From positions 1 through 64,000 of IMG/VR virus record IMGVR_UViG_3300042446_002147: a stretch of 64,000 bases of DNA. One strand, written 5' to 3'. The first letter of the stretch is position 1, and every line of letters starts with the position of its first letter. The stretch is from an uncultured virus (IMG/VR IMGVR_UViG_3300042446_002147) (lineage: Duplodnaviria > Heunggongvirae > Uroviricota > Caudoviricetes). The position numbers and the translations under genes were made by a program. Shown piece by piece: positions 9,533 to 19,466 of this stretch. Below the pieces are notes generated by a model. It was given only the letters and a program-made list of their open reading frames with translations, did not search any database and was not told the DNA's origin.

Positions 9533-10288
9533 ATGGAATCAATCAAAAATGGAATAGTGATTAGAATGCCGGATTCTTCAATCATTAAAGAAAACTCTCT
9601 TGGTAAAATAATCTGTGATAGGATTAAAAGCTATATCCCTATGGGTTATAAACTTTTTATAGTGGAGCTTTCAGAAAAAGATATTGAAAATTCAACAGAG
9701 GTAACAGAAGCACAAAAGGAAAGATTCCTTTATTATTTAGAAGACCTAGATGTTAGATTAGCATTTTACATAAAAAGTAAAAATCACGTGGTTTCTACAG
9801 ATATAGAATCTAAAAAGAAAGCTAAAAAAGAAATATTAAAAATTGGGCAATTCGTTGATGAAATTGATGCTGGAAGATTTGATGTGCCCCTAATATGTCA
9901 TATAGGTGGAGCAAACGGGAATAGAAGAAAAAGTATGATGGAATTTTGTAAATTCTTCGATACCCTTCCTTGGAGAATACAGAAGCAATTATGTTTAATA
10001 AATGATGATAAGCCAAGTCTTTTTTCAGTAAAGGATCTTCTGTCAGTTAGCTATGTAGAGAAAAAGATTCCTATTGTTTTTAGAACTAGTTCACATAGAA
10101 CGAATCAAGGTGGTCTAACATATAAAGAAAGTTTTTTCTTGGCTGCTTCAACTTGGGCGGAAAGATCAAACCCTATAATGTTCTATTGTCCATCCACACA
10201 AGAAGAAACAATAACAGTTCAGGACCTAAATCCTTATAATTTAATTGTTGATGTGGCTTTTGATAATAATATACCAGAACCTATTTAG
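9533..10288 (+). CDS. Degenerate UV-damage endonuclease (UvsE/UVDE)-like protein
   Basis: HIGGANG, LCLINDDK, IPIVF and LAASTW follow the UVDE layout, but metal-ligand positions are altered. Start moved to ATG 9533, just after the GAAAC-N17-TAAAAT motif at 9501-9528. Confidence 0.65.
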   Translation: MESIKNGIVIRMPDSSIIKENSLGKIICDRIKSYIPMGYKLFIVELSEKDIENSTEVTEAQKERFLYYLEDLDVRLAFYIKSKNHVVSTDIESKKKAKKEILKIGQFVDEIDAGRFDVPLICHIGGANGNRRKSMMEFCKFFDTLPWRIQKQLCLINDDKPSLFSVKDLLSVSYVEKKIPIVFRTSSHRTNQGGLTYKESFFLAASTWAERSNPIMFYCPSTQEETITVQDLNPYNLIVDVAFDNNIPEPI

Positions 10289-10315
10289 AAAATTCTTATA
10301 TTTGCATTAATGACA

Positions 10316-10582
10316 TTACCAGCCAACATATCCTTTAGGTTTTCTTTCATTAGTGATAGTACTACTCATTTTGTTACTAGCATTAATAAGATCATCTATA
10401 GTTTTTACGTAATATCTTGTTTGTCCTGGCATTCCCCAATCACCTTTCTTCTTAAGATCAACAAAGCCATAAGTGGTAAGTTCATCACCTACAACAGGTC
10501 CATGATTTACTCTCCCATCATTATTAGAAGCTTTTTCGAATTCATTTCTAGAACTTATGTTCTTATAACCGTATTTTTCCAT
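10316..10582 (-). CDS. Hypothetical protein
   Basis: 88-aa ORF filling the gap, preceded by GATATATA on the minus strand (10589-10596). Confidence 0.6.
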   Translation of the reverse strand: MEKYGYKNISSRNEFEKASNNDGRVNHGPVVGDELTTYGFVDLKKKGDWGMPGQTRYYVKTIDDLINASNKMSSTITNERKPKGYVGW

Positions 10583-10596
10583 ATAAACTATATATC

Positions 10597-11295
10597 ATGA
10601 TACAAAGAGTATTACTAGACAGCTTTCTTTTTTTCGATATAGAAACTGCAGGTCTTTACCCAACATTACAAGAAGCAAAAGAAGCAGATCCACATTTAGC
10701 AGAGCTTTGGATTAAAAGATGTAAATGGTTACATAAGCAGGTAGAACCAGGAGAATCAACTGATCCTAGCGACCTTTGGCTAACTAGATCGTCATTACAT
10801 CCTGAATTTGGTAGAGTTGTTTGTGTTAGCTTTGGTGTATTAACTCAGGAAGGAACTGAAAGAATCACAAGCTTCTATGGAGAAGACGAAAAAGACATTT
10901 TAGAAAAATCAAATAAAGTGCTAGCAAATTCAAGATCTAAAGGATTTAAAATTGCAGGGCAAAATATTAAAAACTTTGATGTACCATATTTAGGTAAAAG
11001 AATGCTTATTAATAAAATAGTCCCTGATTCTATTATACAAACATGGAATAAAAAACCATGGGAGACTTCATTTATTGATCTTGCTGAAATATTTGCATTT
11101 GGAGCTTGGGGACAAACATTCTCTTCCCTTGATTTAATATCACATGTATTAGGTGTTCCTACATCTAAAGACAATATGGACGGATCACAGGTTCATGAAA
11201 ACTACTGGGAAAATAAATCCTTTGATTCCATCAAAGATTATTGCGAGCAAGATGTAGTTTGTACAATTAATTGTTTCTTGGGCATTTCTTCATAA
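10597..11295 (+). CDS. DnaQ-like 3'-5' exonuclease related to the PolB exonuclease domain
   Basis: FFDIET (ExoI), GQNIKNFDVPYL (ExoII), YCEQDV (ExoIII), plus PEFGRVVCVS and KKPWE. Confidence 0.85.
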   Translation: MIQRVLLDSFLFFDIETAGLYPTLQEAKEADPHLAELWIKRCKWLHKQVEPGESTDPSDLWLTRSSLHPEFGRVVCVSFGVLTQEGTERITSFYGEDEKDILEKSNKVLANSRSKGFKIAGQNIKNFDVPYLGKRMLINKIVPDSIIQTWNKKPWETSFIDLAEIFAFGAWGQTFSSLDLISHVLGVPTSKDNMDGSQVHENYWENKSFDSIKDYCEQDVVCTINCFLGISS

Positions 11296-11338
11296 TTGTT
11301 TTTTATCTGGATATATACAATTGTAGTAATATCTAGAT

Positions 11339-12100
11339 TTGAAGAATGTCTTAAATTATAATGCTTGGCTTTTCGAAAGCGAAGAGGAAAGAAATGATTT
11401 CTATAAAGAGGAATTAAATAAATCTTTTTGGGAGGACGGTAAATTCGATCCTCATATTAGAAAAAAGCTGTTAACGATAGCTGATGATTTCTATAGTGCC
11501 CTTAAATTCAATGCAAAAATACAAGATATACAATTAACAGGTTCTTTAGCAAATTATAATTGGACTGACAAATCAGATCTTGATGTACATGTTCTTGTTG
11601 ATTTCGAAGAGATAGATGATAATACTGAATTAGTTAGAAGGGCAGTTGATGGAGCTAGATTTATATGGAATCTTAGACACAATTTAAAAATCAAAGGATT
11701 TGACGTTGAACTATATGTTCAGGATATAAATGATTTACATACAGCTTCTGGATTATTTTCTTTATTAAATAATAAATGGATTAGAATTCCTAAGTACAAT
11801 CCTCCAGAAATAGATTACAAAGATGTTGATAAGAAATTTCAAGGATTAGTATCTGATATATTAAATGTTGAAAATATCACAGCAACATCCGATTTTTCAA
11901 ACGTGTCTCCAGAAGAGATATACACATTAGCAGTAAAGTTAAAAAAGAAAATATTAGAAATGAGAAAAGAAGGCCTTTCTCGTTCCGGTGAGTTTTCTGT
12001 AGAGAACCTAGTCTTTAAAAAGTTAAGGAACGAAGGATATATAGAAAAGATCATAGAGTTAATCTCTAAGGCTTATACAAATATTTACAATGAGCAATAA
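11339..12100 (+). CDS. Pol-beta superfamily nucleotidyltransferase
   Basis: LTGSLANYNW...SDLDVHV plus distal VELYVQD. TTG start, preceded by GATATATA (11310-11317). Confidence 0.75.
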   Translation: MKNVLNYNAWLFESEEERNDFYKEELNKSFWEDGKFDPHIRKKLLTIADDFYSALKFNAKIQDIQLTGSLANYNWTDKSDLDVHVLVDFEEIDDNTELVRRAVDGARFIWNLRHNLKIKGFDVELYVQDINDLHTASGLFSLLNNKWIRIPKYNPPEIDYKDVDKKFQGLVSDILNVENITATSDFSNVSPEEIYTLAVKLKKKILEMRKEGLSRSGEFSVENLVFKKLRNEGYIEKIIELISKAYTNIYNEQ

Positions 12101-14621
12101 TATGAAAAACATTTACGGAGGATCAAATCCTATTTTTGAAAGCATGTCTAACTCTTTAAAGGAGGATAAAGACAAAGGAACTAGCAAAGCTCCAGTTAAA
12201 GGAATGGATGTGGTTTCAGCTGTGACAACAGCTCTTAACACAGTTTTTACCATCTTACTGAATTCAAAAAACGAGAGTGCTAAAACCTCAAGAGGATTCG
12301 AAGAGATTAGAAATAAAATTATAGGGGCAACCAACTTCGGTAGTTTTAGACAATATCTAGTTTCTTTAGTTCAATCTTTTGGAGCATTAGATAATGCACA
12401 AAGAGACGCTTACGAAAAGAACGTGAAATTCATTATCGATTTATTAAGTGGAGATACTGAAGCTACTTTAAGTGATACTAAGATTTATGATAGCCTTAGA
12501 AAAGATATAATAAATAAATTATTAATTAATTTCTCAAACGACCTTAAAGAAAGAGAAACACAATTGAGAAAAACAAATCCTAAATTGTTTGGTCAGGTTG
12601 TTAAACAAGGTTTAGTTGTTAAAGAAAATGTAGATCTTGACGAGAAAAAGAAAAGCGGTGAAGAAACTGATGTGGAAGATGCAGAGTTTAGAGGAGCGGC
12701 TTTTAATAAGTCTAAAGAATCATTAGATGCTGCTAGCGGTTTTGTTGGTATGATTGACAGAGACAAATATGTACCAGTACTTAAGGATAATGAAGACGTA
12801 AAAAGATATAAAGAAATTGCAGATGGGCTTTATAAAAAAGCACAGGATATGCAAATGATAGACCGTAAAGGTTTAGTAGGTGGTAAAATTGTTACCGCTT
12901 CTGGTGAATATAAAGCTAGAGATTATAAAAGATCACAGGATGATCTATTAAATGAAATTATTAGACAGAAAAAAGAATACAACAGAGTTAAAGATGGTAT
13001 TCTTAAAAATAATAACGTCACACCTGCACCTGTAGTAACACCAGTATGTCCTCCAGGTAAAAGATATGATGAATCAAAAGGTATATGTGTTGATATAGTA
13101 GCAGCTACTGGGGATAATAAACCTAAGCCTAAGCCTAAGCCTACACCTACACCTACACCCACTACTGAATGTACATTCCCTGTACAATTAGGTAAAAGAT
13201 GTAAAGAGGTTGGAACTATTCAAACTAAATTAATGGAAATACTTCCAGCAGCAGCTGAATACCTTCCTAAGTATGGAGGTGCAGATAATAAATACGGAAG
13301 TGCTACTGCTAAAGCTGTTAATATTGTTTGGTCATACGTTTCTAAAAACACATTAAAAATAGACGGTGAATTAACAAAAGATATGTATGATACTATCTTG
13401 GCTTTAACTGCAGATGATGTAGATAAAAATTGTTACAAACCAATAGAGGTTTATGGAGCTACAGGAGCTACAGGAGCTAAAGAAAGTCTTTCTTGGGAAA
13501 TGTCAATAGAAGATAAGATAGAAGAAAGAGAAGAGATCAAAGGATCTCCAATTCTTTCTTTTGAGGATTTCTATTCTGTTATTGAAGAATCTTATAAATT
13601 CAAAAAATTAGATGAACAAACAGCAACAACACCAGTTGCAGGATCTACAGTTACTAATAAAAAATTAGTTGACTGTTGTGTTAAAGATTCTATATATGGT
13701 AACACATTAGTTAATTGTATAGGAGCTTCTGGAGCTTCTGGAGAATCAGGACCATCTGGAGACATTGAATGGAAAGGTTTAAAACCAGTACAAGATGGAG
13801 CATATACTGTATTCTACGATGAAAGCTGGGGTGATTGGTGGGGGGACGTAGCTAAGGGAGCTGTTATTACAGGTATTATAATAGGCGCAGTAATTGTTAC
13901 TGGTGGTACTGCTGCTGTAGTTCTTCCCGCTGCTGCTTTACCAGGAGCTGCTACCTTTGCTGGTGGTGCTGCTTTAGTAACAGGAGCTATAGGTGGATCT
14001 GTAGGTATAACTGTAGGAGTAATAGGTGGTGCTGCAGTAAGTAAATGGTTAGGAAATGATAGAAACCCAGTAACGATATTAGTATATAACGGATATATTG
14101 AATCCATTGCAGTAAAAGCAATGGCTAGAGGTCTTTTCAATAGTATGGGAGGAACAATATCATCACAAGATATGCTAGCAATCTATTCCACATTAATTCT
14201 ATGCAGAGGTACATTCACTGACAACGGAGACGGAAAAGCAGTATCAGTATGGGAAAAAATTAAGCAAGATTATAGTTCATTTGATGGGGATAATTTAGTT
14301 GGAGATATTAATGGAATAACGACATCACAAGGAGTTGCTGGATTCTTTAAAGATATAGTAACAGATATGGATGATCTTCCTGCATTCCCTCCTAGCTTTA
14401 AAACTAAGGATCCTACCAACGGAGGTGGATCAGTATCATTTGAGGGAGCAAAAGACGCTTGTGATGATGCAATTCAGAAATTAGACAAGAATTCAACAAA
14501 GCTTAGTGAAAACCTAAAAAATATTACAGAAAGTGATCTAGAATTATTATCTGATAATATGGGGGAGATAACCGGACAAGTAGAGGATAAAGTATCAGGA
14601 GAAGGTTCTGAAGAGGAATAA
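12090..14621 (+). CDS. Large putative internal head/ejection protein with PK/PT linker, peptidoglycan-binding-like domain and Gly-rich hydrophobic hairpin
   Basis: KPKPKPKPTPTPTPT; VGTIQTKL...GADNKYGSATAKAV; about 70-aa Gly/Ala/Val/Ile stretch; directly upstream of the prohead protease. Confidence 0.55.
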   Translation: MSNNMKNIYGGSNPIFESMSNSLKEDKDKGTSKAPVKGMDVVSAVTTALNTVFTILLNSKNESAKTSRGFEEIRNKIIGATNFGSFRQYLVSLVQSFGALDNAQRDAYEKNVKFIIDLLSGDTEATLSDTKIYDSLRKDIINKLLINFSNDLKERETQLRKTNPKLFGQVVKQGLVVKENVDLDEKKKSGEETDVEDAEFRGAAFNKSKESLDAASGFVGMIDRDKYVPVLKDNEDVKRYKEIADGLYKKAQDMQMIDRKGLVGGKIVTASGEYKARDYKRSQDDLLNEIIRQKKEYNRVKDGILKNNNVTPAPVVTPVCPPGKRYDESKGICVDIVAATGDNKPKPKPKPTPTPTPTTECTFPVQLGKRCKEVGTIQTKLMEILPAAAEYLPKYGGADNKYGSATAKAVNIVWSYVSKNTLKIDGELTKDMYDTILALTADDVDKNCYKPIEVYGATGATGAKESLSWEMSIEDKIEEREEIKGSPILSFEDFYSVIEESYKFKKLDEQTATTPVAGSTVTNKKLVDCCVKDSIYGNTLVNCIGASGASGESGPSGDIEWKGLKPVQDGAYTVFYDESWGDWWGDVAKGAVITGIIIGAVIVTGGTAAVVLPAAALPGAATFAGGAALVTGAIGGSVGITVGVIGGAAVSKWLGNDRNPVTILVYNGYIESIAVKAMARGLFNSMGGTISSQDMLAIYSTLILCRGTFTDNGDGKAVSVWEKIKQDYSSFDGDNLVGDINGITTSQGVAGFFKDIVTDMDDLPAFPPSFKTKDPTNGGGSVSFEGAKDACDDAIQKLDKNSTKLSENLKNITESDLELLSDNMGEITGQVEDKVSGEGSEEE

Positions 14622-14629
14622 GATATATA
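14622..14629 (+). promoter_or_regulatory. GATATATA putative late promoter for the protease-capsid operon
   Basis: Fills the short intergenic gap; the same octamer precedes many structural-type genes. Confidence 0.6.
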
Positions 14630-14642
14630 AAGAAATAACAAA

Positions 14643-16679
14643 ATGGAAAAAAATCTAGACTACGTATTAATATTAGAAAAATCCTCTAATAATCTTAAGA
14701 CAACTAAAGATGGTGGAGAATATTTCTTAGAAGGTGTAGCTGCTGTATTTGGAGTTGAAAACTCTAATCACAGAATATATGAGGAAAATGAATATCTTCC
14801 TCACCTTGATTACTTAAAGAAAAAAATCGAGCAAAATAGATTAGTAGGTGAATTAGATCACCCTAAAGAGTTTGATGTGTCTTTAAAAAATATTTCTCAC
14901 GTTATTACAGATCTTAACTACGATAAGAATGATAGAAACGTAAAGATCAAGGTAAAACTTTTAGATACACCAGCAGGTAAAATTGCTAAGAGTTTAATTG
15001 ATGCAGGTGTTCCTATTTCTATATCATCTAGAGCAGCTGGTAATGTTAAAGAGAATAAAAAAGTAGAAATTAAGAAAATTTTTACATATGATCTAGTTGC
15101 TGATCCTGGATTCGAAAATGCTCAATTAGAAAGGGTTTACGAAAGTTTAGGATCTCATATGCCATCTGAATCTGTAAAAGATTCAATTATTTCTTCATTA
15201 ACTAATATAAATGAAAGTTTTGGGCTTAGAAAAAATTCTAACACTCAGATATATAGAATAAAAGATACGGAGAAGATCTCTAGACTTTTAAAAGAAAACG
15301 TAAATAATTCAAAGAATATGGACAATAATTTTGTCACTGCAGAAGAACTAAACGAATATTCATTAATCCTTAAAAGGGAAATGGATTCATTAAAAAATGA
15401 ATTAAGATCAGTTTCTAAAGAAACTCCTTCCATAAATAGCGCAAGCGATTCAGGATTAGAAGAAAGAATTCAAAGACTCGAAAAATATTCTGAATATCTT
15501 GCTGAAAATTTAGAATCATCTATTAAGCACGGAGATTATCTTGCAGAGAACTTAGAAGGATCTATTTCTTATAATAAATATTTAGCTGAGAACTTAGACA
15601 AAGCTATTTCCTATGCTAAATACTTAGCAGAGCACGTAGACGGCAATATTTCTTATTCTGAATACATTGCAGATAACTTAGATAATAATATCGCTTATAG
15701 CAAATATTTAGCTGAGAACTTAGATAAAAATATCACTTATTCAGAATATCTTGCAGAGAACTTAGATAAGAATATTTCTTACTCTGAATACCTAGGAGAA
15801 AATCTTGATAGAAACATTTCTTATTCTGAGTATTTAGCTGAAAATTTAGATAAGAACATTTCTTATTCTGATTATCTTGCAGAGAACTTAGATAAGAACA
15901 TTTCTTACTCTGATTATCTTGCAGAGAACTTAGATAAGAATATTTCTTATTCTGATTACTTAGGAGAAAAATTAAACGGAAATATTAACTACTCTGATTA
16001 CATTTCAGAAAAAGTTAAAAATGGTATTGAATACACAGAATACTTAGCAGAGTCTATCAACAACGGTGGAGCTACTAAAAACAATCTTACTAAGAAAGTT
16101 AATGAATCTATTAACGAAGGTAAGAGAACTTCAGGATTCTCTGGAGATTACACAGATCTTTCATCTAAAGTTGACAAATTAATTGAATCTGTTAACACTA
16201 AAAAGACTGATCAAATTATTAACGAAAACAAATATGCTTTCTTAAAACTTGTCGATGACAACACTAAGAAAGGATTTATATCTTTAAACGAGGCCGAAAA
16301 ACAAAAGGTCGTAAAAGCTCTTAATGAGCAGAACTATAATTCGGGTACGGATGTAGTTCAAATTATGGGATCTGCTTTAACTGAACAAGTTAACTCAGGT
16401 GAAAAATTCCTTGATATGATGCCAGCTGATTTAACATCTACATGGGGATCTTTAAATGAATCACAAAAAGCATCAATTATTGCTCAGAGTAAATTCTACA
16501 AATTAGATACTCCTTATCAGATCAATCACTTCTGGAGAACGAGAGGACTTTCTGCACCTGCAGCTAATCTAGAACAGATAAACGAATCCCAAAATATTAG
16601 CAACCCTGTAAATACTGGAGTAAGTAATTCTTACATGCAGAATATTGCAGCAGAGCTAGAAAAAAGATTTAAAAAATAA
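14643..16679 (+). CDS. Prohead core protease (T4 gp21-like) fused to a scaffold-like repeat domain
   Basis: NSNHRIY, GELDHP, NISHVI, LLDTPAGKI, ISSRAAG and TYDLVADPGF are gp21-type motifs; immediately upstream of the capsid gene. Confidence 0.9.
   Translation: MEKNLDYVLILEKSSNNLKTTKDGGEYFLEGVAAVFGVENSNHRIYEENEYLPHLDYLKKKIEQNRLVGELDHPKEFDVSLKNISHVITDLNYDKNDRNVKIKVKLLDTPAGKIAKSLIDAGVPISISSRAAGNVKENKKVEIKKIFTYDLVADPGFENAQLERVYESLGSHMPSESVKDSIISSLTNINESFGLRKNSNTQIYRIKDTEKISRLLKENVNNSKNMDNNFVTAEELNEYSLILKREMDSLKNELRSVSKETPSINSASDSGLEERIQRLEKYSEYLAENLESSIKHGDYLAENLEGSISYNKYLAENLDKAISYAKYLAEHVDGNISYSEYIADNLDNNIAYSKYLAENLDKNITYSEYLAENLDKNISYSEYLGENLDRNISYSEYLAENLDKNISYSDYLAENLDKNISYSDYLAENLDKNISYSDYLGEKLNGNINYSDYISEKVKNGIEYTEYLAESINNGGATKNNLTKKVNESINEGKRTSGFSGDYTDLSSKVDKLIESVNTKKTDQIINENKYAFLKLVDDNTKKGFISLNEAEKQKVVKALNEQNYNSGTDVVQIMGSALTEQVNSGEKFLDMMPADLTSTWGSLNESQKASIIAQSKFYKLDTPYQINHFWRTRGLSAPAANLEQINESQNISNPVNTGVSNSYMQNIAAELEKRFKK
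15486..16055 (+). repeat. 42-bp coding tandem repeat (YSEYLAENLDKNIS, about 13.5 copies)
   Basis: Read directly from the translation and the DNA. Confidence 0.9.
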
Positions 16680-16687
16680 TTTAAAAT

Positions 16688-18406
16688 ATGGAACTCTTAA
16701 ATCAAAGTGAGATCTACGAAACGTGGTCTCCAATCATAGAGAGCAAGACCGGTATGACAGATCGTACAAAGGTAGAGTGGTTATCTAAATATTGCCACTT
16801 TCACTCATTAAACGAATCTGCCGGAGCTTATAACACTCTAGGTGCAATGAACGGTATGGGCGCAATCGCTCCTCCAACAAACTACACAGGTGGTGCCGCT
16901 GGTAACGGTCCTGGTGGATTTTACTATAATAATACTTACAACGCTGGTCGTCCATACGTTGGTTCTGGTGATAAATTCCCATCATTACTTCCATTGGCTA
17001 TTCAGGTAGCTGCTAAAACCGTAGGTTTTGACATCGTGCCTGTTATCCCAATGAGTGGTCCTACAGGAGTATTATCTTACTTAGACTACGTATACGCAGG
17101 TGGTACTTTAACTGGATCTTCAACTGATTCTTCAACTAATAACGTTGCTAACACACCAGACGTTATTAAAGTGCCAACAGCAGTAGCTTCTCCAGCAACA
17201 ACTTTAGCTGTAGGTACAGTTTATTACCTTTGGGTTCAAGCTGACGCATCTAAATATGCTACTACTAAATTTGTTGGTTACTCTCGTATCGATGGTTTCC
17301 CAATTTTTAGAGTAACAGCATTAACATCTGGCGATTCAATTGCTGCTGTTGTTACTGCTAATTCAGTTATTTCTACTGCACAAGGTTCAGGTATAGTTGG
17401 TTATTCTAGTAGCTCAGCAACACTTGTTAAAACTTTAGAAGATCATATCCAAGGTTTCTCAGGAACTGGAGATGCTACTGATCCTTTCCAAGGACCTTAT
17501 GTAGATGGTACTACTAACTACGATCCAATGTCAAGAGCACAAGGTGAATCTACTTACTACAAGTCTTTAGGTTTATCTACTTTCACTAAGTTCGTTGAAG
17601 CTGGTACTTTCCAAGTTGCTGCTTCTGTTACTACTGAGCAAATTCAAGATCTTAACAAACAATTCGGTATCGACGTAGTTTCTATGATCGAGAACGCATT
17701 GGTTAATGAGGTTTCTCAAGCTATTAACAAGCACATCTTATCAAGAGGATTTGCTCTTGGATGGTCTAACCACTCTCAATTCTTCTTAACAGAGAATACA
17801 AACCTTAACTTAAACTTAGTTATTGGTGGTCCTGCTACTTATACAGTTCCTAGTTACATCGGTAAAAACGGTCAATCTTTAGGTGCTTCTGCACCAGGTC
17901 CAGTAGCTGGTCCAGCTTCAGGTACTTTTGAGAACTTATCAACAGTTCAAAGAAGACTTTACAGCCGTATCTTAGCAGCTGCTAACGTGGTAGCTAATAG
18001 AGGTCGTAGAGGTCCTGGTAACTTTATCGTTACAAACTCTCAAATTGCGTCTGCATTACAAGACATCAGTCAGTTCACATTCGCTCCATTTACTAACACC
18101 CTTACTCAAAACAACGGTACATTATACCCTGTAGGTTCACTTGCTGGTATGACTGTATATGTTGATCAGAACATGTCATTCGGTGACACTAGAGTATTAG
18201 TTGGTAGAAAAGGTGCTGATGATGAGCCAGGTATGAAATTCATGCCTTACATGATGGCAGAATCAATCCAAACAATCTCTGAAGGTACTATGTCTCCTAA
18301 GATCGCGGTTAAATCTCGTTACTCTTTAGTTGAGGCTGGTCACCACCCAGAAACAATGTATTTCTGCTTCCACATTAATGTTGGAACTGCTACTGCTATT
18401 ATCTAA
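16688..18406 (+). CDS. gp23: Major capsid protein (T4 gp23-like)
   Basis: ETWSPIIE, GFDIVPVIPMSGPTG, TTEQIQDL, RGRRGPGNFIV, VYVD, MPY and KIAVKSRY motifs; follows the protease and precedes a strong terminator. Confidence 0.92.
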   Translation: MELLNQSEIYETWSPIIESKTGMTDRTKVEWLSKYCHFHSLNESAGAYNTLGAMNGMGAIAPPTNYTGGAAGNGPGGFYYNNTYNAGRPYVGSGDKFPSLLPLAIQVAAKTVGFDIVPVIPMSGPTGVLSYLDYVYAGGTLTGSSTDSSTNNVANTPDVIKVPTAVASPATTLAVGTVYYLWVQADASKYATTKFVGYSRIDGFPIFRVTALTSGDSIAAVVTANSVISTAQGSGIVGYSSSSATLVKTLEDHIQGFSGTGDATDPFQGPYVDGTTNYDPMSRAQGESTYYKSLGLSTFTKFVEAGTFQVAASVTTEQIQDLNKQFGIDVVSMIENALVNEVSQAINKHILSRGFALGWSNHSQFFLTENTNLNLNLVIGGPATYTVPSYIGKNGQSLGASAPGPVAGPASGTFENLSTVQRRLYSRILAAANVVANRGRRGPGNFIVTNSQIASALQDISQFTFAPFTNTLTQNNGTLYPVGSLAGMTVYVDQNMSFGDTRVLVGRKGADDEPGMKFMPYMMAESIQTISEGTMSPKIAVKSRYSLVEAGHHPETMYFCFHINVGTATAII

Positions 18407-18427
18407 TCGATATAACAGTATAATACT

Positions 18428-18460
18428 AGAAAAGGTCTCTCTCGGGAGACCTTTTTCTTT
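18428..18460 (+). terminator. Intrinsic terminator after the major capsid gene
   Basis: agaaaaggtctct-ctcg-ggagacc followed by tttttcttt. Confidence 0.85.
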
Positions 18461-18502
18461 GTTTCAAGGTTTAGTTGGGATATATACAATAAAAGCAAAA
18501 AT

Positions 18503-19465
18503 ATGTTATTCGAAAACGTAAATCAGTTTCAATCAGCTAAAAAAACATTATTAGAAAACGATAGAAACGTTCAACACACTGTAGAGATTCTTAAAAATTC
18601 TCAATTATTTTCTACACTTTCAGAGGGGGAAATAATTCTAGCAGTAACAGAATTAAACGAAGGTCTTGGTGATAGAATCATGAATTTCCTTAGCGGTGCT
18701 TTTGGTGGTGATGTAAACACTATAAAAACTGTTCTAACGCAAATGAAAGAACAAGAACTTAAATACAATCAAGAAGAATTTGAAATATATAATGAATTCT
18801 ACTCTCTTTTACAAGATCAAAAAGCTTTAGATAGAGATAAAACAAATCCTAGTTATCAAGAATTTAGTAATGATATTGCACAGTCAAGAAATGGACTAAA
18901 TCAAAGAATGAAGGAACTAAACAAAGCTCACGGCGACATTTTTGATGCTTTAGAGACAAAAGTTAAGGATCTAGTTAAAGATAGTAATAGAAAGAAAAAA
19001 TACTTCAATGCACAAAGAGCAACAGATGTATTAGAGACTAAAAATGACAGATACGATAAGATTAAAGCAGTAACAGCTAAGAGCTCTAGAAGATCTCAAG
19101 AATTAGAAGATTTCTTTGGCGTTAATGCAGAGCAAGCAAAACAAAACGTAGCTCAGGCACAGACTAAAGCAAATCAAGCTGTTAATGCACTTTCAAAAGT
19201 TGCACCAGTTGCACCAGGATCTACGCCATCAAGAGACGTATTTGTTAATGACCCAGAGAAAGGATTTTATGAAGATTTTGAACAAATATCAGGGAGTGCA
19301 GGTAAACCTGAGGATAAATTAAAAGAACTTAGACTATTAGAAAAGGCAATATTTACACATATAATGAAGGGAAATCATTCAGCAGAAACGATTGAGAATC
19401 TTAAAGACGTACACAAACAAGTTTCTGATATGATTCAATCATTAGGATCTAATGTTAATCCATAA
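18503..19465 (+). CDS. Putative internal head protein (helical)
   Basis: GATATATA at 18479-18486; MLFENVNQF N-terminus; LLE/LSE/LNE sites; paralogous to the next ORF. Confidence 0.6.
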   Translation: MLFENVNQFQSAKKTLLENDRNVQHTVEILKNSQLFSTLSEGEIILAVTELNEGLGDRIMNFLSGAFGGDVNTIKTVLTQMKEQELKYNQEEFEIYNEFYSLLQDQKALDRDKTNPSYQEFSNDIAQSRNGLNQRMKELNKAHGDIFDALETKVKDLVKDSNRKKKYFNAQRATDVLETKNDRYDKIKAVTAKSSRRSQELEDFFGVNAEQAKQNVAQAQTKANQAVNALSKVAPVAPGSTPSRDVFVNDPEKGFYEDFEQISGSAGKPEDKLKELRLLEKAIFTHIMKGNHSAETIENLKDVHKQVSDMIQSLGSNVNP

Positions 19466-19466
19466 T

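Noticed and set aside
10310..10600. 96-aa plus-strand ORF
   Set aside because: Overlaps the minus-strand 88-aa ORF, which has the GATATATA motif and more typical composition; not fully excluded.
15486..16055. 42-bp periodic repeat as a CRISPR array
   Set aside because: Variation is largely synonymous, there are no spacers, and it lies in frame within the protease gene.
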